Below the pieces are notes generated by a model, which saw only the letters and a list, made by a program, of their open reading frames with translations, ran no database searches and was not told where the DNA came from. A stretch of DNA of 33,584 bases, from the NCBI GenBank assembly GCA_028281205.1, contig JANQKJ010000272.1:1-33584 (forward strand), given 5' to 3'. The position numbers were made by a program, and so were the translations under genes. Below, one piece after another: positions 10,103-17,606 of this stretch (position 1 is the first letter of the stretch; every line of letters starts with the position of its first letter). This DNA comes from Gammaproteobacteria bacterium. Lineage in GTDB: Bacteria; Pseudomonadota; Gammaproteobacteria; UBA4575.

Positions 10103-10510
10103 TCAGTAGTCCGACCCCTCAATCATCACGCCAGCAAGTGTTGTGTAGGTTACTGCCCAAGCATCTTTCACTTCTGGAGTGAAATCATCTTTAAGGCCTT
10201 GTTCTAATGTCCATAGTAATGATGCACCTACTTTATCGTAATCTTCTGCTTTAACTCCATAATCAACATGCTTTTTACCTAATGCCTTGACTGGTTCAAT
10301 TAATGCTTCAATATTATCTAAGCCAGCAACTGCGGTATTGATCATCATCATTAGTTTTTTGCCTTGTTCTTTCATGTCTCCTTTGAAGTACGTTTTTACT
10401 TCTGGGTATTGTTCAAATAATCGATTGTAAAAGAGATCTGCTGCGGTCTCTTTAATTGGCATTACTTTTGCCCAAGATTGTTGAACGAGTTCTTTCTGCT
10501 CTGGGGTCAT
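10103..10510 (-). CDS. Single-domain 3/3 globin of the Vgb/Cgb/Hmp-globin type
   Basis: 135 aa with no signal peptide. LFYNRLFEQYPEVKTYF aligns by eye with Vitreoscilla Hb TFYKNLFAKHPEVRPLF (Tyr B10). KEQGKKL gives Gln E7. LGKKHVDYGV gives the proximal His F8. Its start codon directly abuts the stop of the upstream cytochrome c5 gene. Confidence 0.85.
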   Translation of the reverse strand: MTPEQKELVQQSWAKVMPIKETAADLFYNRLFEQYPEVKTYFKGDMKEQGKKLMMMINTAVAGLDNIEALIEPVKALGKKHVDYGVKAEDYDKVGASLLWTLEQGLKDDFTPEVKDAWAVTYTTLAGVMIEGSDY

Positions 10511-10891
10511 TTAATTGTCCTCTTTATTTATATAATATTCTGCAAGTGCTTTCATATAATCCACAGCTAGTTTTACTTCATTATCACTAAGGCTATCGTT
10601 ACCTCCTCTAGGAGGCATCATTGTATCTTCAGGCCCAAAGAAACCATTTATGGCGTGATCATATAAAATATCAATAGGTTTCACTACTCTGTCTTGCCAA
10701 TCTTTTGCTTTTAATGGGTTAGGAGATTCGGCGATGCCATAAGCATGACAGCCTTCACAGCTATCTATCCATATGACTCTTCCTTGGACTAAATTAGCTT
10801 GCTCAAAATGAACATACGTATCCTCTTCAGACAATGCTTGTGTACTGCCGAAGAGGATACATATGAAAATTAGTGTTGACTTAGTAATCAT
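10511..10891 (-). CDS. Periplasmic monoheme cytochrome c, c5 family
   Basis: Signal peptide present, single CEGCH motif, c5-like tail (MMPPRGGNDSLSDNEVKLAVDYM). Lies 3 nt after the preceding gene. Confidence 0.85.
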   Translation of the reverse strand: MITKSTLIFICILFGSTQALSEEDTYVHFEQANLVQGRVIWIDSCEGCHAYGIAESPNPLKAKDWQDRVVKPIDILYDHAINGFFGPEDTMMPPRGGNDSLSDNEVKLAVDYMKALAEYYINKEDN

Positions 10892-10894
10892 TAA

Positions 10895-11503
10895 CTAACC
10901 ACTAATAGGAATACGTATTACTACTCCTCCCATCACGTCACCCATTTTAAAGTCACGTTTAGGTGTGTCTTTATGGTCGTTATGACAACTTACACATACG
11001 GGCGCAACAGCAGTATCAGCATACACTGCAGTAAAATATTCAGTACCGCCAAGTTCTTCAGTTGCGTAGTAGTTTTGGCCTTTGTTTTCGGCAACAAATT
11101 TTAATCCTTCTTTCTCTACATCCGTTTTAGGAGCGTTTTGTTTATTGATTGGCCAAAGTGACTGTAATGAGTAACTAAAATTAACATCGGGTTTTTCTTC
11201 AGCACGTTTAGCTACCATTTCAGCGCCAAATCTAAACATCTGTGCAGGTAATACTAAGGCTTTGTCATCTTCGAAATGCTCACTTGCCTTAATGACTTTT
11301 TCTTTTTTAACCAAGCGATTAACAATTCTTTTTGTGTATACTGCACGATCTGAATCCATTACCAAATGTAATGCATCTGCCATCGCTTTTGGGGTAATTG
11401 ATGGGGTGGTGCCTGCATCTTTGGCGATAGCGATACCAGCACCAATGCTTAGACATGTGGCTATTGTGACAATAGCCAGGTTCATTTTTTTCTCTTCTTT
11501 CAT
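10895..11503 (-). CDS. Periplasmic DUF3365 / Tll0287-like c-type heme protein
   Basis: Signal peptide (MNLAIVTIATCLSIGAGIAIA; the true start may be the second Met at 11485). Single CVSCH near the C-terminus, followed by GDVMGGVVIRIP, as I recall for the family. AGGAG SD before 11503. Confidence 0.7.
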   Translation of the reverse strand: MKEEKKMNLAIVTIATCLSIGAGIAIAKDAGTTPSITPKAMADALHLVMDSDRAVYTKRIVNRLVKKEKVIKASEHFEDDKALVLPAQMFRFGAEMVAKRAEEKPDVNFSYSLQSLWPINKQNAPKTDVEKEGLKFVAENKGQNYYATEELGGTEYFTAVYADTAVAPVCVSCHNDHKDTPKRDFKMGDVMGGVVIRIPISG

Positions 11504-11581
11504 TGCTGTATGACTCCTATATTATGGTTGATACTAAAGTTAGTAGCTTGAGTGAAAATCAATACACAAATGCTACAAAGT

Positions 11582-12991
11582 TTATTCGGCATCCTGTTTC
11601 TCTTGTAAATATCTTTCTAAATCTTTTCTTGCTAAATCAATGCTTTCTACTTTGACTTTACTTAAACCATTAAAATTATTTTTAATTAAATCTTCATCTG
11701 CTAACGAATCAATAGCAAAACCAAGCCCATGACAATGTAAGCATGAAGATCGGATCATTTTGCTATTTGGAGACAAATTTGCGCTTTGGTTATGGTCGAC
11801 TAATTTTCTAGTAGTCCATTCGCTCACGTCATAGTCGATGCGGGGCATATGACAACTTGCACATGAGACACCTTGGTTTTCATGCTTGTTATCATTACTT
11901 GTTTGCTCTTGTATCCAGAGAGCATAATGTTTTGAATCTTTATAAGCTAATGAATGATCGTCGGCGTGACATTGAAGACAGCCATCTACAGCTGCATAAC
12001 TGACATCATAGTTATGTGCGCCATGACAACTATTGCAAGTCAGTTCTTTATGTGATGCATCACTATGCATAGGTAATAATGCTTGTGCTGGTGTCATAGC
12101 TGATAATCCAGCTTGTAAGCGCATGCCATGTTTACCTAATTTAAATCGATTCACTTCATGGTTATGGCATTGATTGCAACTATCCATGTTAGGAGAATCA
12201 TTCCAAACAGCTACTTGAGTTTTTTCAGTAATACTAATATGACACGCAGAACAGTTTACTCCTGATGCAGCATGAGCAGTGGTACTCCAGTCGTGGATGA
12301 TAGCTTCATCGTAATGTTTATCTTTTGGTGCATCTATTTCTTCTATGCTGAGTGCTTGTACTGGATATTTATCGCGAGGGTATTCAAGGATTTCATCCAA
12401 AACATCGAAAAACTCTTTCGCAGGAAGCGTTGCATTATTTTTATGGAAGGGGTCATCCATATGTTTAACAAGAAAATCTGTATATAGTGCGCGGTTGTTA
12501 TGGAAGTTATGACATCCGGAATCTTTGCACGTCATAAATGACATTCCTTCATGTGAAGGTCTTTCCTGGGCAATTTCTGCATGACAATGAAAACAGACAT
12601 CTCTTGGTTGAGTCAGGCCATCTTTTAAAGTTATTTCTGGTTTATGCTCAACGTGACAGCTAACGCAGTGAGTAGCATTAATTTTTTCTAAAGTATCTGC
12701 GTTACGAGGGTCCTTGAATTTCGACCTTGGGTGTGAGTCATTAGGCTTAACTCGGTCATCACCATGACAACTAATACAGGCATCTTGTAATATTTCGTCA
12801 CCACCAAAAGCACTGGTATGACATGTATCGCAAGCATCAACCAACTGGTGATGGCCTGGACTCAAGTCTCCAGGCATAAATAACGTTTTAGTTACTCCCT
12901 CAGACATTAGAAGGTAAGTAAAAAATAACGCAATGGCTACACTGGCTATCAGCCACGATACCCAGAACTGGAGATTGTTTTTTTTGTTCAT
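11582..12991 (-). CDS. Membrane-anchored multiheme cytochrome c with about 11 heme sites
   Basis: N-terminal signal anchor (FWVSWLIASVAIALFFTYLLM). Ten CXXCH motifs: CDTCH, CISCH, CVSCH, CFHCH, CSACH, CNQCH, CNSCH, CLQCH, CASCH and CLHCH. One CX4CH motif (CKDSGCH). No CXXCK motif. Confidence 0.9.
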   Translation of the reverse strand: MNKKNNLQFWVSWLIASVAIALFFTYLLMSEGVTKTLFMPGDLSPGHHQLVDACDTCHTSAFGGDEILQDACISCHGDDRVKPNDSHPRSKFKDPRNADTLEKINATHCVSCHVEHKPEITLKDGLTQPRDVCFHCHAEIAQERPSHEGMSFMTCKDSGCHNFHNNRALYTDFLVKHMDDPFHKNNATLPAKEFFDVLDEILEYPRDKYPVQALSIEEIDAPKDKHYDEAIIHDWSTTAHAASGVNCSACHISITEKTQVAVWNDSPNMDSCNQCHNHEVNRFKLGKHGMRLQAGLSAMTPAQALLPMHSDASHKELTCNSCHGAHNYDVSYAAVDGCLQCHADDHSLAYKDSKHYALWIQEQTSNDNKHENQGVSCASCHMPRIDYDVSEWTTRKLVDHNQSANLSPNSKMIRSSCLHCHGLGFAIDSLADEDLIKNNFNGLSKVKVESIDLARKDLERYLQEKQDAE

Positions 12992-13000
12992 AAATTAACA

Positions 13001-15010
13001 CTAATACCAGTAACCTTTTAAAATATGCCAAGCTAGTAATACTGGGATTGGCCAAAATAAAAGAATATGTATATACACAGATAAATGACGTGCGCGGGTT
13101 GCTATAGCATTACTTAATTTATGTTCTAAGCTGATTACACCAGATGAAATAGCACCGGCGATCAACATCATTGAAAAGCCAAGCATAAGAACAAAATTAA
13201 GGCCATTACCTAGCCGGAATCCGGTATGTGCAACTAATGTGACAACAACTAATACTCCCAGGCATATATGAGCTAAACGCCAGTAATCAAACTTACCTAA
13301 TTTGTCTAGCTTTCTTATTCGTTTGCGTAAAGATATTAATAATCCAATACTGAATAGTCCTAAGACGGAAAAACCCGATATCTGTTTAAATAAATCATTT
13401 CGCCAAAGTACGTCCCAATGCCAGCCGTTCTGTACTGTCGTTGCGTAAGGTAAATTTGGCGCAATATAAAAAAGTAATGACAAAATTAATGTCACTATAG
13501 AAAAACTTGTTAATGTTCTATACATTGAGGCCGGTTCTTTGTTTATGTTTGAGCCTATTAGCTCTTGAACTAAGGGCTTGCATGAACCACATACAGTGCT
13601 TGCGCCTGTTGAATCAGAAACCATTTGCACGCTATTTGCGCCTTGGTGGATACAATCGCTAATACTTCCGCGTGTGACGCTCATACATTGACAAACAACA
13701 GCTCTTGCCGGCCAGGCACTTACAGTATTACCAATATCTTCTGGCCAAATATTTCCAGTGCGTAAAAATCTTATAACTTGCCATGGATAAAATTTCGCAG
13801 CATTTCCAATAGTTGTTTGTAATCGTACTGTTTCATCCCATTGACCGATACCAATAGCTCCAACTAGGCGGTAGCGATGTACTAGAATCTTGCGGTATAT
13901 ACCTTTGCTTTCATCTTTATAAACATAATGCTTGCCATAATGTTGAATTTCGCTGTTACCCATTGGCCCCATACTAAATACTTGAGTATCGATTACCTTT
14001 AATCGAGAAGCAGCAACAGAACCTGAATATAAATGTTTGATATTTGCAATATTGGCAGCAGCGACACTCGCTTGCTCTAAACCAGGTGCAACTAAGCCAT
14101 AGATTTCATTGCGGTGTTCTGCACATTCTCCAACTGCATATATGTCTGCTTGCGAGGTTTGCATTGAATCATTGACAGTAATGCCTCTGTTATAAGCCAG
14201 CTTAGACCGTTTTGCTAATTCAATATTTGGTCTAATTCCAGTAGATAAAATGATTGTGTCACAATCAATATGTTTTCCTGAACGTAACGATAATCCCGTT
14301 ACACGCTCATCATTATCACCAAATATCTCGGTGACGCTATCTTGCGTAATTAATTCAATACCTAAAGATGTAATTTCTTTTTCTAGTATATTGGCTGCAT
14401 CGATATCAAGTTGATTGCTTAACAGACGATCCGCATGTTCTATCAGCGTGACTTTTGTATTTTGTTTTTGCATCGCACGTGCTGATTCAATACCAAGTAA
14501 TCCTCCGCCGAGGACCACAGTATGATGAGAGCGTGCACGTCTTGCGATTAAACTATTGGCATCTTTAAAGTTGCGAAATGTATATACGCCATGTTGATGA
14601 ATGCCAGGAATATTGGGTTCAAAAGGATAAGATCCTGTTGCTAATATTAATTTTGAATAAGGCTGTTTTCTGTCTGAATTGTCATAAATACATTTTTTAT
14701 CAATATCGATATTAGTCACTTTGAAACCAAAGCGCTGTTCTATATTACAATCAGATGGTATGTCTAATGGTTGTAATAATGATTCCCAATCGACATCACC
14801 TGCTAACCATGAAGATAGTTTAATGCGGTTATAGGGTTCTTGTTGTTCATCTCCATAGATAATGATGGAAGTATTAGGTGACTTTTTAATAATTTCTTTA
14901 GCAGTACGCATGCCAACCGGACCATTACCAATTATCACTAATGGTAATTCTCTTATCATAGAAACATTAGCTGAATTAGATTCCATGACTATGTGGCTGG
15001 TTGCTGACAT
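13001..15010 (-). CDS. Fusion protein: NirB-N-terminal-like FAD/NAD(P)H oxidoreductase, BFD-like [2Fe-2S] domain and a 5-TM bis-histidine (putative di-heme b) membrane domain
   Basis: Two Rossmann motifs (VIIGNGPVGMR, VVLGGGLLGIESA). Strong similarity to the first ~400 aa of the bona fide NirB at 19231 (for example AVGECAEHRNEIYGLVAP versus AVGECVQHRNVCYGLVAP). BFD pattern CQC...CGSC. Five predicted TM helices follow. TM3 is AHICLGVLVVVTLVAH (H581-x13-H595) and TM5 is HILLFWPIPVLLAWH (H648-x13-H662). No siroheme/4Fe-4S nitrite-reductase domain is present. Confidence 0.8.
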   Translation of the reverse strand: MSATSHIVMESNSANVSMIRELPLVIIGNGPVGMRTAKEIIKKSPNTSIIIYGDEQQEPYNRIKLSSWLAGDVDWESLLQPLDIPSDCNIEQRFGFKVTNIDIDKKCIYDNSDRKQPYSKLILATGSYPFEPNIPGIHQHGVYTFRNFKDANSLIARRARSHHTVVLGGGLLGIESARAMQKQNTKVTLIEHADRLLSNQLDIDAANILEKEITSLGIELITQDSVTEIFGDNDERVTGLSLRSGKHIDCDTIILSTGIRPNIELAKRSKLAYNRGITVNDSMQTSQADIYAVGECAEHRNEIYGLVAPGLEQASVAAANIANIKHLYSGSVAASRLKVIDTQVFSMGPMGNSEIQHYGKHYVYKDESKGIYRKILVHRYRLVGAIGIGQWDETVRLQTTIGNAAKFYPWQVIRFLRTGNIWPEDIGNTVSAWPARAVVCQCMSVTRGSISDCIHQGANSVQMVSDSTGASTVCGSCKPLVQELIGSNINKEPASMYRTLTSFSIVTLILSLLFYIAPNLPYATTVQNGWHWDVLWRNDLFKQISGFSVLGLFSIGLLISLRKRIRKLDKLGKFDYWRLAHICLGVLVVVTLVAHTGFRLGNGLNFVLMLGFSMMLIAGAISSGVISLEHKLSNAIATRARHLSVYIHILLFWPIPVLLAWHILKGYWY

Positions 15011-15042
15011 GCGTACGCAAATAATTAAGTAATATGTATTAA

Positions 15043-16377
15043 CTAAAAGTTAATACCACCCCAAAGCCAGAAGACTTTTTTATCTTCGCGGAAGTCATCG
15101 TCGCCATTGAAGTCTGCGTATTTAGCACCTAATGAGTAATGCTTGCCGAATTTCTTCACAGCAAGTAGATTAAGCTCATCACCATAATCATCAATTAACT
15201 GATCATCTTCTGGCTCGTATTCGTGGTAAACTGCAAGTAATTTGACACCATAGAACTTAGTTCCAACTGAAACGTAGGTGTCTTCGATTCCAGCAGTTCC
15301 TGCTGCACCATAAACACCTGATATTCCGGAGCCTAAGAACACATCAGCCCAACCTTGGAAAGCATGTAAAGTAGCAAAAGGTGTGATAAAACTTTCACCA
15401 TCGTCAACATCGCCTTCAAGCGTTTCCATGCCTACTTTAACTGTGATTGGTGCAAGGTTTGCAGCACCCGTTTTAAAACTCACGCCACCTTCAAGTAATG
15501 TGTAGTTTAAAGAACTGAAGTCATCTGCTTCTTTGTAATCATCTTGAGATGCATATTCGCCTGTGCCTAGCAATGTGATAGATTCAGACACAGGGAATTT
15601 ACCTTTTAAACGAATACCCGCGGTTTTGCGCGAATCATCTTCGCCAAATAACAGATTAACTTCTTCATCCCCTTCCCAGAGATAGTAGTAGCCTGTTGCA
15701 TCCAAGTACTTTAAGCCTGAATAGTTGATGTTAAAGTTGTTATTAGTGACATTGAAATCGCCTGCTGTGCCTGCTTGATCACCAAAAATGCGATTAACAT
15801 TTGTCTGGTGTGAATACATACCTCGTAAGCCATACTTTTTAGACTCTACTGTCACAAGAGTTGCGTCATAGGTTTGCTCGTTTTGTCTCCAACCAACATT
15901 GCCTATAAATCTATCGTTATCCCATTTTTGACGTTGCCGGCCATAGCGAATTAAAAAACTAGTATCTTCATAAGCATTACTAAATTGGATATATGCTTGG
16001 TTTAGTTCAGTTTCTTCAGGATCAGCAACAGTGTCGTATTCCAGATCTTCTTCGTCTAATGGGCCGGGGCCGTCATTATATTTTTTACTGCCTACTTCAC
16101 GAATGTCCTCCATTTCTGCAAATATCGAGAAACCATGAAAGTCTCCTGTTTGATAACCTAGGCGAGTGCGAATTGTTGATGCTTTAGCCTTATCACGATT
16201 TTCGCCCATTACAAGCGCGTCATCATCAACACCTTCGTAACGATAACGTACATTAGCTTTCAACTTTCCCCCAGTTAATGCTTTAGTAAATTCATCTACT
16301 TGACCGTCAGCAAATGTATAACTAGATTGCATGCCAAGTAGTAAGCAACTTGATAACGCAATGTTTAATAACTTCAT
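15043..16377 (-). CDS. Outer-membrane beta-barrel porin (family not assigned)
   Basis: Signal peptide ends in FA-DG. The sequence shows an alternating amphipathic pattern rich in Tyr, Gly and Asp. C-terminal WGGINF ends in Phe. GGGAGA SD. First gene of the minus-strand operon. Confidence 0.75.
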   Translation of the reverse strand: MKLLNIALSSCLLLGMQSSYTFADGQVDEFTKALTGGKLKANVRYRYEGVDDDALVMGENRDKAKASTIRTRLGYQTGDFHGFSIFAEMEDIREVGSKKYNDGPGPLDEEDLEYDTVADPEETELNQAYIQFSNAYEDTSFLIRYGRQRQKWDNDRFIGNVGWRQNEQTYDATLVTVESKKYGLRGMYSHQTNVNRIFGDQAGTAGDFNVTNNNFNINYSGLKYLDATGYYYLWEGDEEVNLLFGEDDSRKTAGIRLKGKFPVSESITLLGTGEYASQDDYKEADDFSSLNYTLLEGGVSFKTGAANLAPITVKVGMETLEGDVDDGESFITPFATLHAFQGWADVFLGSGISGVYGAAGTAGIEDTYVSVGTKFYGVKLLAVYHEYEPEDDQLIDDYGDELNLLAVKKFGKHYSLGAKYADFNGDDDFREDKKVFWLWGGINF

Positions 16378-16439
16378 GACTATTTATCTCCCTAGGTTTT
16401 TAAATAAGGTTGCCGATTAAAAATTTTTTTACGCGCATA

Positions 16440-16475
16440 AAAAAAGCCACAGCCAAATATTTCATTAGCTGTGAC
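16440..16475 (-). terminator. Leader intrinsic terminator (attenuator) upstream of the porin gene
   Basis: The minus strand reads GUCACAGC, a 14-nt loop, GCUGUGGC and then U6. The stem is 8 bp with one G-U pair. It lies between a sigma-54 promoter and the porin start codon, not at the end of any gene. Confidence 0.6.
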
Positions 16476-16509
16476 TTCTTCGTCTATTAGCTGAGCGTCT
16501 TTGATCAGC
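16473..16509 (-). promoter_or_regulatory. Candidate ANTAR (NasT) dual-hairpin binding element in the porin-operon leader
   Basis: On the minus strand, P1 is GCUGAuC-AAAGAC-GcUCAGC, with a hexaloop having A1 and G4. P2 is aGAC-GAAGAA-GUCa, and its 3' arm is the start of the terminator's 5' arm. Confidence 0.5.
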
Positions 16510-16536
16510 AAAGTTAAATTCTACTAATTCCGCTAG

Positions 16537-16552
16537 AGCAAAGATAATGCCA
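16537..16552 (-). promoter_or_regulatory. Sigma-54 (-24/-12) promoter for the porin operon
   Basis: The minus strand reads TGGCATTATCTTTGCT. This matches TGGCAC-N5-TTGCW, with GG and GC at canonical spacing. Confidence 0.65.
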
Positions 16553-16839
16553 ACATGTTATGAATTCTTCTAAGTAACTGACAAAGAAGTATAAAATCAT
16601 TTAGGCGCATAGTTTATCGACAACTATTTCTAAAACTTTAAGCACAATGATGAAGCGTAATATCAAAGGTAAATGTCGATTTTGTTCTGCATCGGTGCAT
16701 AGATTTCATGATCATTGATGAAATTAATTAAATTTGGTGTAGAAATTGCAATGGATTTTTAGAGCGTCAGAAAAAGTAAATGTATTTTTTCATTTTTCAG
16801 CATCATGCAAAGTAGTTAGCAAATAATGTTGTATAGCAA

Positions 16840-17442
16840 TTGGAGAACTGTGGCTTGAATAAATATTTATCTGTAATGTTAGTCGACAATGACCCTGTTA
16901 GGTCTGCAATTGTTGAAGAATATTTATTAGATAATGGATATCAAGTTGTTCAAAGGCTTGATTCAACAACTGACTTAGCTACTCAAATTGAGCAGATTAA
17001 GCCTGATGTGATTGTTGTTGATATTGATTCACCTGATAGAGACACTTTAGAGGATGTGCATTTAGCATCCAAAGATGAGCCGCGTCCAATAGTTTTGTTC
17101 ACGGATGATAGTAATAAGAACACGATGGATAAAGCTATTAAAGCTGGGATTAGTGCATATGTTGTAGATGGTTTAAGTAAATCCAGGATTAAGCCTGTTA
17201 TTGAAGTTGCAATCGCTAGATTCGAAGAATACCAAGCTTTAAGAAATGAATTAGATGAAGCTAAATCCAAGCTTGCAGATAGAAAAGATATTGATATCGC
17301 AAAAGGCTTACTTCAAAAGCAACACCATATGACTGAAGAAAGTGCTTATCAAGCATTAAGGAAAATTGCTATGGATCAAAAAATCACTATTGGGGCTGCA
17401 GCGCGTAATTTAATATCCATTAGTAAAATTATCAATTCATGA
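16840..17442 (+). CDS. nasT: NasT-type response regulator with an ANTAR RNA-binding antiterminator domain
   Basis: REC domain (MLVDNDPVR, VIVVDIDSPDRD) followed by an ANTAR domain (RKDIDIAKGLLQKQHHMTEESAYQALRKIAMDQKITIGAAARNLI). The start is ambiguous: TTG 16840, TTG 16855 (GGAG 9 nt upstream) or ATG 16876. Confidence 0.85.
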   Translation: MENCGLNKYLSVMLVDNDPVRSAIVEEYLLDNGYQVVQRLDSTTDLATQIEQIKPDVIVVDIDSPDRDTLEDVHLASKDEPRPIVLFTDDSNKNTMDKAIKAGISAYVVDGLSKSRIKPVIEVAIARFEEYQALRNELDEAKSKLADRKDIDIAKGLLQKQHHMTEESAYQALRKIAMDQKITIGAAARNLISISKIINS

Positions 17443-17450
17443 TCTAATGT

Positions 17451-17477
17451 GGTGCATCCATGCTAGGTATTTGCACG
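17451..17477 (+). promoter_or_regulatory. Inverted repeat GGTGCA-N15-TGCACG, a candidate NtrC-type enhancer
   Basis: The half-sites match NtrC consensus halves (TGCACC/GGTGCA). The repeat ends 85 nt upstream of the candidate sigma-54 promoter. The same geometry is seen at 26468-26492. Confidence 0.35.
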
Positions 17478-17561
17478 CTGATAGGGCGGACCACTATTAA
17501 ATTTAGCATGACTTTGTATAAAACTTGCGTGGTATCATTATATTACTTGAAATAATGCCGC

Positions 17562-17577
17562 TGGCACACTTTGTGTA
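17562..17577 (+). promoter_or_regulatory. Candidate sigma-54 promoter for the nrtA-like/nirBD/nasA operon
   Basis: TGGCACACTTTGTGTA has a perfect -24 TGGCAC element but an imperfect -12 element (GTGT instead of TTGC). The call is supported by spacings to the upstream inverted repeat and downstream hairpin P1 that match those at the 26575 promoter. Confidence 0.5.
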
Positions 17578-17606
17578 AGATAATATATGTAAAATAGATT
17601 ATTGCA

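Noticed and set aside
11262-11513. 83-aa plus-strand ORF opposite the DUF3365 gene
   Set aside because: It is antisense to a signal-peptide-bearing heme protein gene and has no independent support.
13001-15010. Interpreting this gene as a second copy of nitrite reductase nirB
   Set aside because: Only the flavin/NAD and BFD modules are shared with nirB. The siroheme/4Fe-4S catalytic domain is absent and is replaced by a membrane domain, so the protein cannot be a NirB-type nitrite reductase.
16704-16723. AT-rich palindrome TTTCAT-gatcattg-ATGAAA upstream of nasT, vaguely Fur-box-like
   Set aside because: It is short and lies in very AT-rich DNA where such palindromes arise by chance. I cannot assign it to a regulator with any confidence.
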